A DNA stretch of 64,000 bases from Methanomassiliicoccus sp. (GTDB lineage Archaea > Thermoplasmatota > Thermoplasmata > Methanomassiliicoccales > UBA472). The notes beneath the pieces are model-generated. The model searched no databases, was not told where the DNA came from, and saw only the letters and a program-made list of their open reading frames with translations. Positions 28,907 to 37,888 of the stretch are shown one piece after another. Position 1 is the stretch's first letter. Each line of letters begins with the position of its first letter. The DNA is taken from assembly GCA_004525545.1 (NCBI GenBank), contig SPCU01000001.1:3468-67467 (forward strand), given 5' to 3'. The translations under genes and the position numbers were made by a program.

Positions 28907-29904
28907 CCTTGTCTGTCAGCGTAGGCTTGAACTGCCCTTCCTGTGGCGGTGCCATACAGATCAGCGAGGGAGATAACGTCATCAATTGCCAATATTGTGA
29001 TTCCCTGCTGTGGGTAGAGGGAGACGCTGGCGTCATCACCGTCGCTTATAAGAACCTGCAGGACAGGGACGGCGTTCTACGGGCTACGGAGCAATGGTGG
29101 CGCAAGGGGCTAAAGGCAATGGACCTGAAGAAGAAAGGCCGATTGATGGAATGCTATCCCATCTACCTGCCTTTCTGGAGCACGACCACCAGGGTCGCTG
29201 GATGGGTATGCGGATATGAGGAAAGGCACTACACAGATAAGCACGGTAACACCCACACCGAGCGCATACCTAAAGAGGAGATGGTCCTGCGCGACTATCA
29301 ATACACTAATATCGCCTGCGACCCCGGCGATCTCGGCATCAAGTACCTGAGGAACAACGCGGGAGAGGTATCATTCATTGATTTCGAGAGCATTCCGACC
29401 TTCGAAAGCACCACCAGCAAGGACGAGGCAGTGGAGCTGTCCAAACAGCGCGCGATGAGCGATGCCAGGGATGACGCCCGCGTTCCGCACGTGACATTCG
29501 AGAAAATAACGGTCATACCGAAGAGGTTGAGCATGATCTACTACCCGGTGTGGGTAGTACGATACGCCTACGGGGAAAGGATGTACATGGCAACGGTGGA
29601 CGGTGTCACTGGCAACGTGCTTTCCGGAAGGGCGCCCGGGGACCCCCTGTATCAAAGTCTGGCGGTGACCGGAGGGACCTCGATAGGCGGTTTGATAGGC
29701 GCCGCCGGTTTGGCATTTGGCATTGGTGCGGATGATCCGACCATCGCCATCGGTGGGCTTGTCATCGGAGCTGTAATCCTTGGGTTCACCTACATGTTCT
29801 TCCGGCACGGTTCGGAGATAATCGACGGTGATTTCGATGATAAGAAACTAGGCAATCCTTTGAAAGGCTTCAAGATCGCCGGTACTAAGTGGAGGTTCAA
29901 CTGA
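28903..29904 (+). CDS. zinc-ribbon protein with C-terminal glycine-rich TM hairpin (paralogue 2 of 3)
   Basis: CPSCGGAIQISEGDNVINCQYC, motifs YPIYLPFW and YYPVWVVRYAYGERMYMATVDGVTGNVLSGRAP, and a Gly-rich TM region. The GTG start overlaps the upstream stop (ATGTGA). Confidence 0.75.
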   Translation: MTLSVSVGLNCPSCGGAIQISEGDNVINCQYCDSLLWVEGDAGVITVAYKNLQDRDGVLRATEQWWRKGLKAMDLKKKGRLMECYPIYLPFWSTTTRVAGWVCGYEERHYTDKHGNTHTERIPKEEMVLRDYQYTNIACDPGDLGIKYLRNNAGEVSFIDFESIPTFESTTSKDEAVELSKQRAMSDARDDARVPHVTFEKITVIPKRLSMIYYPVWVVRYAYGERMYMATVDGVTGNVLSGRAPGDPLYQSLAVTGGTSIGGLIGAAGLAFGIGADDPTIAIGGLVIGAVILGFTYMFFRHGSEIIDGDFDDKKLGNPLKGFKIAGTKWRFN

Positions 29905-30491
29905 TGAAGGTCCTGCAGATCAAATGCCCGCACTGCCAACAACCGATTTATTCCAAGGTCAGGGACCTGGCTTTCTATTGCTCCCACTGTAAGACGATGC
30001 ACATAAGGGACGGTGGGATCAACGTCATCGATTTCGATGTCGCCGAGTTCCATACGAACTCTCCCCCGGACCGCGTCTATATGCCCTTCTGGCGTCTGTT
30101 CTCCGGGTTCACGATAAACCAGTCCAATGTGGCTGGCGGCATGCTGAATAAGCTCGGCCGGTTGTTGAAAGATACGGCCAACGGCGGCAACATCTTCATC
30201 TACATACCAGCTTGGGAAACGGATGTCAATGAGTTCAAGAGGTGGGCCATGGATTTGACCGAGGCCCAGCCCGTGTACTCGCTGCGCTTGGACTTCAATA
30301 ATGTGGAGAGAGCCCCGACCGTGGTTCCCAAGGAAGAGGCGATGAAGATGGCCGATTTCGTCATCGTCACCATGGAAGCGGAGAAGCCAGGCACCCTACA
30401 GTACCTCGATTACCAGTTGCAGGTCCACGATGCCCGGTTGATATACCTGCCTTTCATAAAAGGTGCGGGCGGAGTGGTGCCTGGGTTCTGA
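29904..30491 (+). CDS. zinc-ribbon protein, soluble (paralogue 3 of 3)
   Basis: MKVLQIKCPHCQQPIYSKVRDLAFYCSHC with motifs YMPFWRLF and IYLPF. The ATG at 29904 overlaps the upstream TGA, and GGAGG lies 9 nt upstream. Confidence 0.7.
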   Translation: MKVLQIKCPHCQQPIYSKVRDLAFYCSHCKTMHIRDGGINVIDFDVAEFHTNSPPDRVYMPFWRLFSGFTINQSNVAGGMLNKLGRLLKDTANGGNIFIYIPAWETDVNEFKRWAMDLTEAQPVYSLRLDFNNVERAPTVVPKEEAMKMADFVIVTMEAEKPGTLQYLDYQLQVHDARLIYLPFIKGAGGVVPGF

Positions 30492-30672
30492 CGTAGGACG
30501 GCCTTAGCATAAAAAGTTTAAAAAACCACTATCGATCGATCATGCCTTACGACCTCGAGTCCGTCGAGATACCCCTCTGCATTCCAGAAGATATTGCAGG
30601 GGTCTTTCCCCTCTAATCCTCGAAATCATTAATTAAGGTCTTTCCAATCAGGCAGCATCATAAGGTGAACTG

Positions 30673-33549
30673 ATGTCCAGCAGGTCGAGCGAATTGGAGG
30701 AGAAATGGCAGCGAAGATGGTACTCTTCCAGAATACACGAAGCTGAGATGGATGACAGGCCGAAGTTCATGCTCATCTTCGCCTACCCCGGGGTCACCGG
30801 GTACCTGCATGTTGGGCACATGCGTGGCTACACCTATGTGGACGCCATCGCTCGCTACAAGCGGTTGGAAGGGTTCAACGTCATGTTCCCAGTAGGTACG
30901 CACGCCACAGGGAACGGTGCGATAAGCTTGGCCGCCAGGATCGCCCGCAAGGACCAGAAGACCATCGATTACCTTTGTGGGAACACCTGCCCCCTCGAAA
31001 TGCTCGACGAGCTGAAGGACCCGATAAAGGTCGTCGAGTTCTTCAACGACGTTTATGTTAACCAGTATTGGAAGCGCTTCGGTTTCCTGAGCGATTGGAG
31101 ACGATTCACCTCCACGATAAACAAGGATTACCAGATGTTCATCAGATGGCAGTTCCGCAAGTTAATGCAGAGAGGACTGCTGATCCAGAAACCGTACTTC
31201 GCACCAGCCTGCGTAAGTCATGGTCCAGTGGCCATCGACGCCTCGGAGACTGACATCCAATGCGGTGGCGGCGCCGAGACGGTAGAGTACACCCTGCTCA
31301 AGTTCAAGTGCGATGACATGTACCTGGTCGCCGCTACCTTACGGCCGGAGACCGTTTTCGGCCAGACCAACTTCTGGGTGAACCCTGAGGCCGATTACGT
31401 CAAAGTGAACGTCAACGGCGAGGTTTGGGTGGTCAGCGAGGCCGCCTTCAACAAGCTCACCTATCAGAAGGACGGTCTAGAGAGATTGGAAGAGCTGAAA
31501 GGTGTCGATCTCATCGGCAAGAAATGCGTGGCGCCGATGGTCCATAGGGATATATTGACCTTGCCAGCGGACTTTTGCGACCCCAACGTCGGAACCGGCC
31601 TGGTAACTTCAGTCCCATCCGATTCTCCGGATGATTGGATATCCCTCAGAGCTCTTCAGAAGGATGATGCGACCCTGTTGAGGTTCGGCCTCGATCCGGA
31701 CGATGTTCGGGCGATAAAGCCCATTGCCATCATAGAGATGAAAGGTTGGTCCTCCCTCCCGGCGGTGGAAGTGACGGAGAAAATGGGCATCGAGGCGCCT
31801 GGAGACCCCCGGCTTGAAGATGCCAAGAAGCTGGTGTACAAGGAAGGTTTCCATACCGGCCGGATGAACGAGACCGCAGGCCAATACGCCGGCCTTCCAG
31901 TGATGGATGCCAAAGAAAGGATGAAGCAGGTAATGCTCGCATCTGGAGAGGCTGACGTCATGTACGATCTCTCCGAGACGGTGACATGCCGCTGCGGCGA
32001 ACCGGTGGTCATCAAGAGGGTCGATGACCAATGGTTCATCGATTATGCCAACCTCGAGGTCACCGAAGCGGCCAAGGAACAGGCCCGGTCCATGGACATC
32101 TTTCCGGCTGAATATCACACCAACATCCATGCCGTGCTCGAATGGTTCCGGGAACGCGCTTGTGTTCGGCAGGGCAATTGGATAGGGACCCGTTTCCCAT
32201 TCGATGAGAAGTGGATCATAGAGGCCATCTCAGATTCCACGCTCTACCCTCTTTACTATGCCATATCGAAGTTCGCCAACGACGGACGGTTAAAGGCCGA
32301 GCAGATGACCGAGGAGTTCTTCGATCTGGTGGTTCTCGATAAAGGTTCGTTCGAGAAGGTCAGTGAAGTAACTGGCGTGTCTGTGGAATTGCTGCATCAG
32401 ATCCATGACGAGGTGCATTACTGGTATCCGCTGGACATGAACCTCGGTGGCAAGGAGCACATGACCGTGCACTTCCCGGCCTTTCTGATGAACCACGTAG
32501 CCATACTGCCGCCGGAGATGCTCCCAAAGGGGATCTTCGTCAACTGGTACATCGTCGGAAAAGGGGGCAAGATATCAAAGTCGAAAGGTGGTGCCCAACC
32601 GATCCCAGGGGCTGCGGAGAAATATGGGGTCGATGCTCTGCGCCTCTATTACGCCCATATTGCCTCACCCTTCGCCGACGTCGAGTGGGATAACGAGGCG
32701 GTGGAAAGCTATACCGCCCGCACCGAAAAGATGGAACGGACCTTATTGGACCTAATGACCTTGAACGGCATGCCCAATGAGGTGGACGGTTGGCTCATAT
32801 CCCGAATGGCCAGCCGAGTACTTCGAGTTCGTGATCAGATGAAGGGTTACGACCTGCGCTCCTTGGCCACCGAGATATATTTCGAAGCGTTCAACGATCT
32901 CCGGTGGTATCAAAGAAGAGGGGGCTCAAACGCCGTGACGGTCGCACGGGCTATGGACATGCTGCTTCCATTGATGATGCCCATTACACCCCATACCGCC
33001 GAGGAACTGTGGGAATCTTCCGGCCGGAATGGAATGGTCTCATCGGCCGCGTTCCCCCAGGTGAAGGAAAACGATGTCGATCTGGCCAAAGAAAGGGCTG
33101 AGGAATATCTCAAGGCCATGATGAACGACGCCAATGAGATCCTTAAGGTCACCGGCATCAAACCCAGCAGGATAATGTTGTATACATCAGCTACTTGGAA
33201 ATACAGGGTGATGAAAATGGCCCTGGATCTGTCGGCAAAGAACGAACTGCAGATACCCACTCTGACCAAGGCGGCCATGACCGATCAGGAGGTGCGCGGT
33301 CACGGCAAGGGAGCCTCGGACTACGCCCGAAAATTGGCCGAGGAGTTCATGAAACGCTCCGCATCGGAGTTAGAACGGATAGGACAGAGCTTTGACGAGC
33401 ACGCCTTCCTATCCGGCTGTCTCGATTTCCTGAGCGAGGAATACAATTGCCACGTAGAAGTGCATGTGGCCGGAGAACCTGGTACACCAGACCCACAAGG
33501 GAAATCTCGCCAGGCCGTACCTGGACGCCCGGCTATCCTGGTGGAATGA
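30673..33549 (+). CDS. leuS: leucine--tRNA ligase (archaeal type)
   Basis: AYPGVTGYLHVGHMRGY (HIGH region), GGKISKSKG (KMSKS) and a CP1 editing insertion. 958 aa. Confidence 0.95.
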   Translation: MSSRSSELEEKWQRRWYSSRIHEAEMDDRPKFMLIFAYPGVTGYLHVGHMRGYTYVDAIARYKRLEGFNVMFPVGTHATGNGAISLAARIARKDQKTIDYLCGNTCPLEMLDELKDPIKVVEFFNDVYVNQYWKRFGFLSDWRRFTSTINKDYQMFIRWQFRKLMQRGLLIQKPYFAPACVSHGPVAIDASETDIQCGGGAETVEYTLLKFKCDDMYLVAATLRPETVFGQTNFWVNPEADYVKVNVNGEVWVVSEAAFNKLTYQKDGLERLEELKGVDLIGKKCVAPMVHRDILTLPADFCDPNVGTGLVTSVPSDSPDDWISLRALQKDDATLLRFGLDPDDVRAIKPIAIIEMKGWSSLPAVEVTEKMGIEAPGDPRLEDAKKLVYKEGFHTGRMNETAGQYAGLPVMDAKERMKQVMLASGEADVMYDLSETVTCRCGEPVVIKRVDDQWFIDYANLEVTEAAKEQARSMDIFPAEYHTNIHAVLEWFRERACVRQGNWIGTRFPFDEKWIIEAISDSTLYPLYYAISKFANDGRLKAEQMTEEFFDLVVLDKGSFEKVSEVTGVSVELLHQIHDEVHYWYPLDMNLGGKEHMTVHFPAFLMNHVAILPPEMLPKGIFVNWYIVGKGGKISKSKGGAQPIPGAAEKYGVDALRLYYAHIASPFADVEWDNEAVESYTARTEKMERTLLDLMTLNGMPNEVDGWLISRMASRVLRVRDQMKGYDLRSLATEIYFEAFNDLRWYQRRGGSNAVTVARAMDMLLPLMMPITPHTAEELWESSGRNGMVSSAAFPQVKENDVDLAKERAEEYLKAMMNDANEILKVTGIKPSRIMLYTSATWKYRVMKMALDLSAKNELQIPTLTKAAMTDQEVRGHGKGASDYARKLAEEFMKRSASELERIGQSFDEHAFLSGCLDFLSEEYNCHVEVHVAGEPGTPDPQGKSRQAVPGRPAILVE

Positions 33550-33551
33550 GC

Positions 33552-34121
33552 TTAATCGCCCCAACGGCGGAAGAGCTCGTGCGGCTGGTCCAACTGGTCC
33601 AATATCTTACCGACCAGAAAGTCCACCAGCTCCTTAACGCTCTGCGGTTTGGGATAGAAACCCGGACTTGCAGGTAGGATGCACGCTCCATCCTCGGTCA
33701 ACCTTAATGAGTTGCGTAACATGATCGCGCTCAATGGTGTCTCCCGAGGGACGATGATCAATTTTCTCCTTTCCTTCAAACACACGGCCGCGGCTCTGGT
33801 CACAAGATTGTCGGCAATGCCCTGGGACACTTTGGCCAAGGTGGATTCGGAACATGGGCAGATCACCATGGCCTGGAAACGATAGCTTCCTGAGGCCACA
33901 GGGGCGAAGAGTTCGTCCTCGTGGTATACGGCGTCGGCCAGGGACTCAACGTCAGAGACCGAATAGGAGGTCTCCGCTTCGAGGATCCTCTTGGCCGTCT
34001 CTGTTATTATGAGCGCCTTCTCTCCCTCAAGCTCCTCTAAAAGCCTAATACCATAGATGATGCCGGAGGCTCCGGTTATCGCGACGACGGTCTTCACGTT
34101 TCCAATTAAGGATTGACGCAT
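33552..34121 (-). CDS. ubiX: flavin prenyltransferase UbiX
   Basis: VVAITGASGIIYGIRLLEEL...MVICPCSESTLAKV..GIADNL..RAA.V.LKERRKLIIVPRETPLS is the canonical UbiX/Pad1 pattern. Confidence 0.9.
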   Translation of the reverse strand: MRQSLIGNVKTVVAITGASGIIYGIRLLEELEGEKALIITETAKRILEAETSYSVSDVESLADAVYHEDELFAPVASGSYRFQAMVICPCSESTLAKVSQGIADNLVTRAAAVCLKERRKLIIVPRETPLSAIMLRNSLRLTEDGACILPASPGFYPKPQSVKELVDFLVGKILDQLDQPHELFRRWGD

Positions 34122-34343
34122 ATTTCAAATCATTCGCTGACATCATTTTATATCCGCGCTGCGATTTCTCTCCCACATCATTAATTTCATTACGGGGAAA
34201 AATTGCTGAGCTACCGGTCCTTTCTGGATAATGGTACCAGGTGGGGCGCTGCTGGACAAAACTCTTTTATATAGGTACCATATTAGTGGCCGAACATACC
34301 CTTTGGTCTAGTCTATATCTAAAATTCATTGAGGTTGGTTAAT

Positions 34344-34766
34344 ATGGTTACGGTCTATGATGTGCCCTCCGAAAAGTTGATTGAAAATGTGGCCCGGAAG
34401 TTGAAAGACTCTGGGGCAGTGAACCCTCCCGAATGGGCAGAGTTCGCTAAGACTGGCGTACATACGGAGAAGGCGCCAATGCAACCCGACTGGTGGTATA
34501 CCAGGGCTGCTTCCGTCCTTAGGAAGGTCTATGTGAAGGGGCCCATCGGCACCTCCAAGCTTGCTGCTGAATACGGTGGATCCGTCGACCGTGGCTCCAG
34601 GCCTAACAGGGCCGTCAAGGGAAGCCGCTCGGTCATCAGGAAGTCCCTGATGCAACTGGAATCCTCCGGATTGGTGGCAAAGAACAAGAACAACGGACGC
34701 GTGGTCACGCCTAAGGGACAAGCCCTGCTTGACAATGCGGCCAAGGAAGTCATCGACTCCAACTGA
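34344..34766 (+). CDS. rps19e: 30S ribosomal protein S19e
   Basis: MVTVYDVPSEKLIENVARKLK...PEWAEFAKTGVHTEKAP..PDWWYTRAASVLRKVY is typical S19e. Confidence 0.9.
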   Translation: MVTVYDVPSEKLIENVARKLKDSGAVNPPEWAEFAKTGVHTEKAPMQPDWWYTRAASVLRKVYVKGPIGTSKLAAEYGGSVDRGSRPNRAVKGSRSVIRKSLMQLESSGLVAKNKNNGRVVTPKGQALLDNAAKEVIDSN

Positions 34767-34781
34767 ACGAGGTGACACACC

Positions 34782-35111
34782 GTGGAAGATGCTGAACTCT
34801 CTGACCTGCGCCGACGTAAGATGGCTCAACTGCAACAGCAGGGCGAGAATCAAGCCGCGATGGACCAGCAAGCCCAGGCAATGGAGGCACAGAGGCAAGC
34901 CATCCTTCGCCAGCTGTTGACACCCGAGGCCAGGGACCGCCTGGCCAACGTCCGGATGGCCTATCCGGACATCGCCCGCTCCGTCGAGGAGCAGCTCATT
35001 AGGCTGGCTCAGGCCGGCCAAATAAATTCACAGATAGACGAGCCCACCCTGAAGCAAATACTCAGGAAGGTATCCCCTCAGAAGAGGGAAATTAGCATTG
35101 AGAGGTTATAA
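34782..35111 (+). CDS. DNA-binding protein, PDCD5/TFAR19 homologue
   Basis: [41 protein letters not shown] matches the dsDNA-binding PDCD5 family. It holds the conserved position after rps19e. Confidence 0.8.
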   Translation: MEDAELSDLRRRKMAQLQQQGENQAAMDQQAQAMEAQRQAILRQLLTPEARDRLANVRMAYPDIARSVEEQLIRLAQAGQINSQIDEPTLKQILRKVSPQKREISIERL

Positions 35112-35112
35112 T

Positions 35113-35268
35113 ATGGCACGCAACAAGCACGCCGCCATGAAGGCAAGATTGATGAAGAAGATCAAGCAGAACCGCCGTGTACCGGCATGGGTCATGATGA
35201 GGACCAGCCGTACCTTCCTGCGCCACCCGATGAGAAGGAACTGGCGCCACAGCAAGCTTAAGGAGTGA
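35113..35268 (+). CDS. rpl39e: 50S ribosomal protein L39e (51 aa; below the ORF-track cut-off)
   Basis: My own translation gives [51 protein letters not shown]. It precedes rpl31e, as in other archaea. Confidence 0.85.
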   Translation: MARNKHAAMKARLMKKIKQNRRVPAWVMMRTSRTFLRHPMRRNWRHSKLKE

Positions 35269-35540
35269 TGGAAATGGCAGAGGAGAAAGAGTCCGTCTAC
35301 AACATACCGTTGATAAAGACCAAGATGGTCCCTACCACCGGCCGGTCCAATCGGGCTGTGAAAGAGATCAGGGCGTACGTCGCCCGACATATGAAGGCCG
35401 ATGAAAAGGATATTTGGATCGACCCCAAGGTCAATGAGACCATATGGGCCCATGGAAGGACCGCCCCCCCAAGCAAAATGCGTGTGAAGGCGGTACGTTT
35501 CGAGGATGGCCTGGTCGAGGTCTCCCTTCCGTCCGAGTGA
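35268..35540 (+). CDS. rpl31e: 50S ribosomal protein L31e
   Basis: VYNIPLIKTKMVPTTGRSNRAVKEIRAYVARHMK...VNETIWAHG is typical L31e. The start ATG overlaps the rpl39e TGA. Confidence 0.9.
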   Translation: MEMAEEKESVYNIPLIKTKMVPTTGRSNRAVKEIRAYVARHMKADEKDIWIDPKVNETIWAHGRTAPPSKMRVKAVRFEDGLVEVSLPSE

Positions 35541-35550
35541 GAACTGAAAC

Positions 35551-36210
35551 ATGTTGCGGGTCTCTGACTATAATGGCGTAGAGTTCGTGGGCGTTTACAC
35601 CGTGGCCAATGAGACCATGGCCCTTTTGCCCATGGACTCGGATGATCGTTACATAGAGGACATCTCCACGGCATTGGCCGTGAAGTGCTCTCAAGGGACC
35701 ATAGCTAGTACCAATTTGATCGGCGCCCTTGTGGCCATGAACTCTTACGGAGCAGCGGTCACGAACTTCACCACAGATGAGGAGATCAAAGCCTTTTCCG
35801 ATCTGAACGTTGTCAGGCTGGAGGATCGCCTCAATGCCTGCGGCAATAACATCCTGGTCAACGACAACGGCTGCCTGATCAACCCAGAAATGAGCGATAA
35901 GACAGTTCGGGAGCTTGAAAGGATCTTCAACGTGGAGGTCTTCCGAGGCACCGTGGCCGAACAGAACACGGTAGGCTCGGTCTGCAAGGTCACCAATAAA
36001 GGATTGATATGCCATCCCGCATCCAGCGAGGATGATCTTTCAATGCTGAAACGCATATTCAAGTTGAACCCGAAGATAACCACCTTGAACTATGGTGCTC
36101 CTTACGTCGGAGCGAGCATCGTGGCCAACAGCAAGGGTGGAGTTGTAGGTTCCCGCAGCACCCCTATCGAACAGGGGCGAGTGGAAGAAGCGTTGGACAT
36201 CATATCGTGA
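35551..36210 (+). CDS. eif6: translation initiation factor 6 (aIF6)
   Basis: Pentein-repeat sequence with NLIGALVAMNSYG, NACGNNILVNDNG, TVGSVCKVTNKG and YVGASIVANSKGG. About 220 aa. Confidence 0.9.
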   Translation: MLRVSDYNGVEFVGVYTVANETMALLPMDSDDRYIEDISTALAVKCSQGTIASTNLIGALVAMNSYGAAVTNFTTDEEIKAFSDLNVVRLEDRLNACGNNILVNDNGCLINPEMSDKTVRELERIFNVEVFRGTVAEQNTVGSVCKVTNKGLICHPASSEDDLSMLKRIFKLNPKITTLNYGAPYVGASIVANSKGGVVGSRSTPIEQGRVEEALDIIS

Positions 36211-36212
36211 TC

Positions 36213-36848
36213 TTACTGGGAAAACACCCAGTATTCAGTATTTTCGGGCAGTTCGTCGCGTTCGAAATCCACTTCGTTTCCGACACGTACGACCTTTTCT
36301 TCAGGAATTCCACGCAGGAACTCATCCACCGTTTGTATTGACAAAGATAGCCCACCGACACGAAAGTGCATGGGTATGGCGACCTTCGGTTTCACGGAAA
36401 GTACCAGTTCTCGCGCTTGTTGACCATCGATGGTGAAAGTTCCCCCGACCGGTATGAATAGAACATCGACCGGTCCGATCTCCTCGATCTGGTGCTCGGT
36501 CAGCGGATGTCCGAGGTCTCCAAGATGACAGAACCGTACCCCACCAATAGTGAATTGGAAAAGAATGACCCGGCCGCGCTTCTCCCCCTGCACATCATCG
36601 TGGAAGGCGTTGATCCCGCGTATATCAACACCTTTGATCTGCCGCGGTGTCTTATCCTTGACGAGAACGTAATCCCCCCTTACGACCCGGATGGCGTTGT
36701 GATCGAAATGATCGTGACTTATGAGGACGATGTCCGCTCGCAATGAGGGTGGCTTGACGCCGATGGAACGACCGTCATGCGGATCGACCACTACAGTAGC
36801 TGAATTTGCGACCTCGAAGCATGAGTGCATGTGCCAGATGAGCCTCAC
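36213..36848 (-). CDS. metallo-beta-lactamase-fold metal-dependent hydrolase (UPF0173-like)
   Basis: VRLIWHMHSCFEV...DPHDG...ADIVLISHDHFDHN...FCHLGDLGH. The GTG start at 36848 lies just downstream of the preceding gene's stop (36859). Confidence 0.75.
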   Translation of the reverse strand: MRLIWHMHSCFEVANSATVVVDPHDGRSIGVKPPSLRADIVLISHDHFDHNAIRVVRGDYVLVKDKTPRQIKGVDIRGINAFHDDVQGEKRGRVILFQFTIGGVRFCHLGDLGHPLTEHQIEEIGPVDVLFIPVGGTFTIDGQQARELVLSVKPKVAIPMHFRVGGLSLSIQTVDEFLRGIPEEKVVRVGNEVDFERDELPENTEYWVFSQ

Positions 36849-36858
36849 GTGAACGCAC

Positions 36859-37746
36859 CTAATCCTCAGGGAAGAACCTTGCACCACAAGAGGGACAGTT
36901 TTTCCTGCTCTTCTCCACAGACTCATGGCATTTTGGACAAATAAAGACCTCGCCCGAAACTTTCCTTTTCAGCGATGGATATATCATTATCGCTCCAAAG
37001 ATTATCAGGACCGATGATCCGGCGCCTATGCTTAGACCCCCCAATTTGTCAACGGACCCGAACGCGGATAATGTCAAAGCAACAAGATATAGCACAGCTC
37101 CGATGACGAGCACGATCAAGGCCTTCTGAGCATCGATATGAAATCGTAACTCATTAGAACGTATCTCGGTAGGCTTCTCCGGCAAGGACCTTGGGGGTAT
37201 CGCCGCCTTATTAGTTTTGGTCTTCCCAGTAACTACTGGAGGAGGCGAACTTCTCTTTGGTGTCACACTTTCATTTACCGCCACCTTTTGTTCGGTAGGG
37301 ATGCGCTTTTCCTCCACCGGAACGACCGTGGTCTTTACAGCTTCGATTACCGGTTCGGCCTCAGGTATCGGCTTCTCCACGATCTCTTGTGGCTCAGGGG
37401 CCTTTATCACAACTGGTGCCAGCACCTCCTCCACCTTGAGTTCGGGAGTTGGGTCGGGTTCGCTCAATTCCTCGACAATCTCCTCCAGACCTTCGATCTC
37501 TGCCACATCGACCAATTTGATCGATGGGGTTTCCTTACGTATGATGGTCGATTCGATGCGTCGGGAGGTCTTGTCATCCATTGTCTTGTGTTCTCCCAAT
37601 CGGGTGAGAGATTCAAGATCTTTGACGTGGGATTGCCAATCGTTACTGAGAGTTAAGGATTGCCCGCAGAAATCACACTGCTTGGTAGTTGGCTTATTAC
37701 GTAACCCACATTTAGTGCATTCCTGAAAACTAGGTTTCCTCTCCAT
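36859..37746 (-). CDS. hypothetical membrane protein with zinc ribbons at both termini and a Pro/Glu/Val-rich linker
   Basis: N-terminal CTKCGLRNKPTTKQCDFCG, an acidic P/E/V-rich low-complexity region, two TM helices and a C-terminal CPKCHESVEKSRKNCPSCG. Confidence 0.6.
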   Translation of the reverse strand: MERKPSFQECTKCGLRNKPTTKQCDFCGQSLTLSNDWQSHVKDLESLTRLGEHKTMDDKTSRRIESTIIRKETPSIKLVDVAEIEGLEEIVEELSEPDPTPELKVEEVLAPVVIKAPEPQEIVEKPIPEAEPVIEAVKTTVVPVEEKRIPTEQKVAVNESVTPKRSSPPPVVTGKTKTNKAAIPPRSLPEKPTEIRSNELRFHIDAQKALIVLVIGAVLYLVALTLSAFGSVDKLGGLSIGAGSSVLIIFGAIMIYPSLKRKVSGEVFICPKCHESVEKSRKNCPSCGARFFPED

Positions 37747-37888
37747 CTCAGAGACGGATACCTCTGTTCCTCATTATATTCTTTTTTACCTGGATATAAG
37801 AAAATAATAAAACGATGACCAATGCGACCCTCGTTTTCAATTGTTCTATCGCAATTTTAATATAGAAGAATGCTGGATTGATAGTTAG

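Noticed and set aside
30540-30672. Imperfect 9-bp hairpin (ACCCCTcTGCA...TGCAGGGGT, 30571-30603) in the leuS upstream region
   Set aside because: It could be a leader structure or the end of the upstream operon, but it has no T-run and no recognisable riboswitch or T-box features, and T-boxes are not expected in archaea. Evidence is too weak.
34326-35021. 231-aa minus-strand ORF
   Set aside because: It is antisense to the clearly identified rps19e and PDCD5-like genes.
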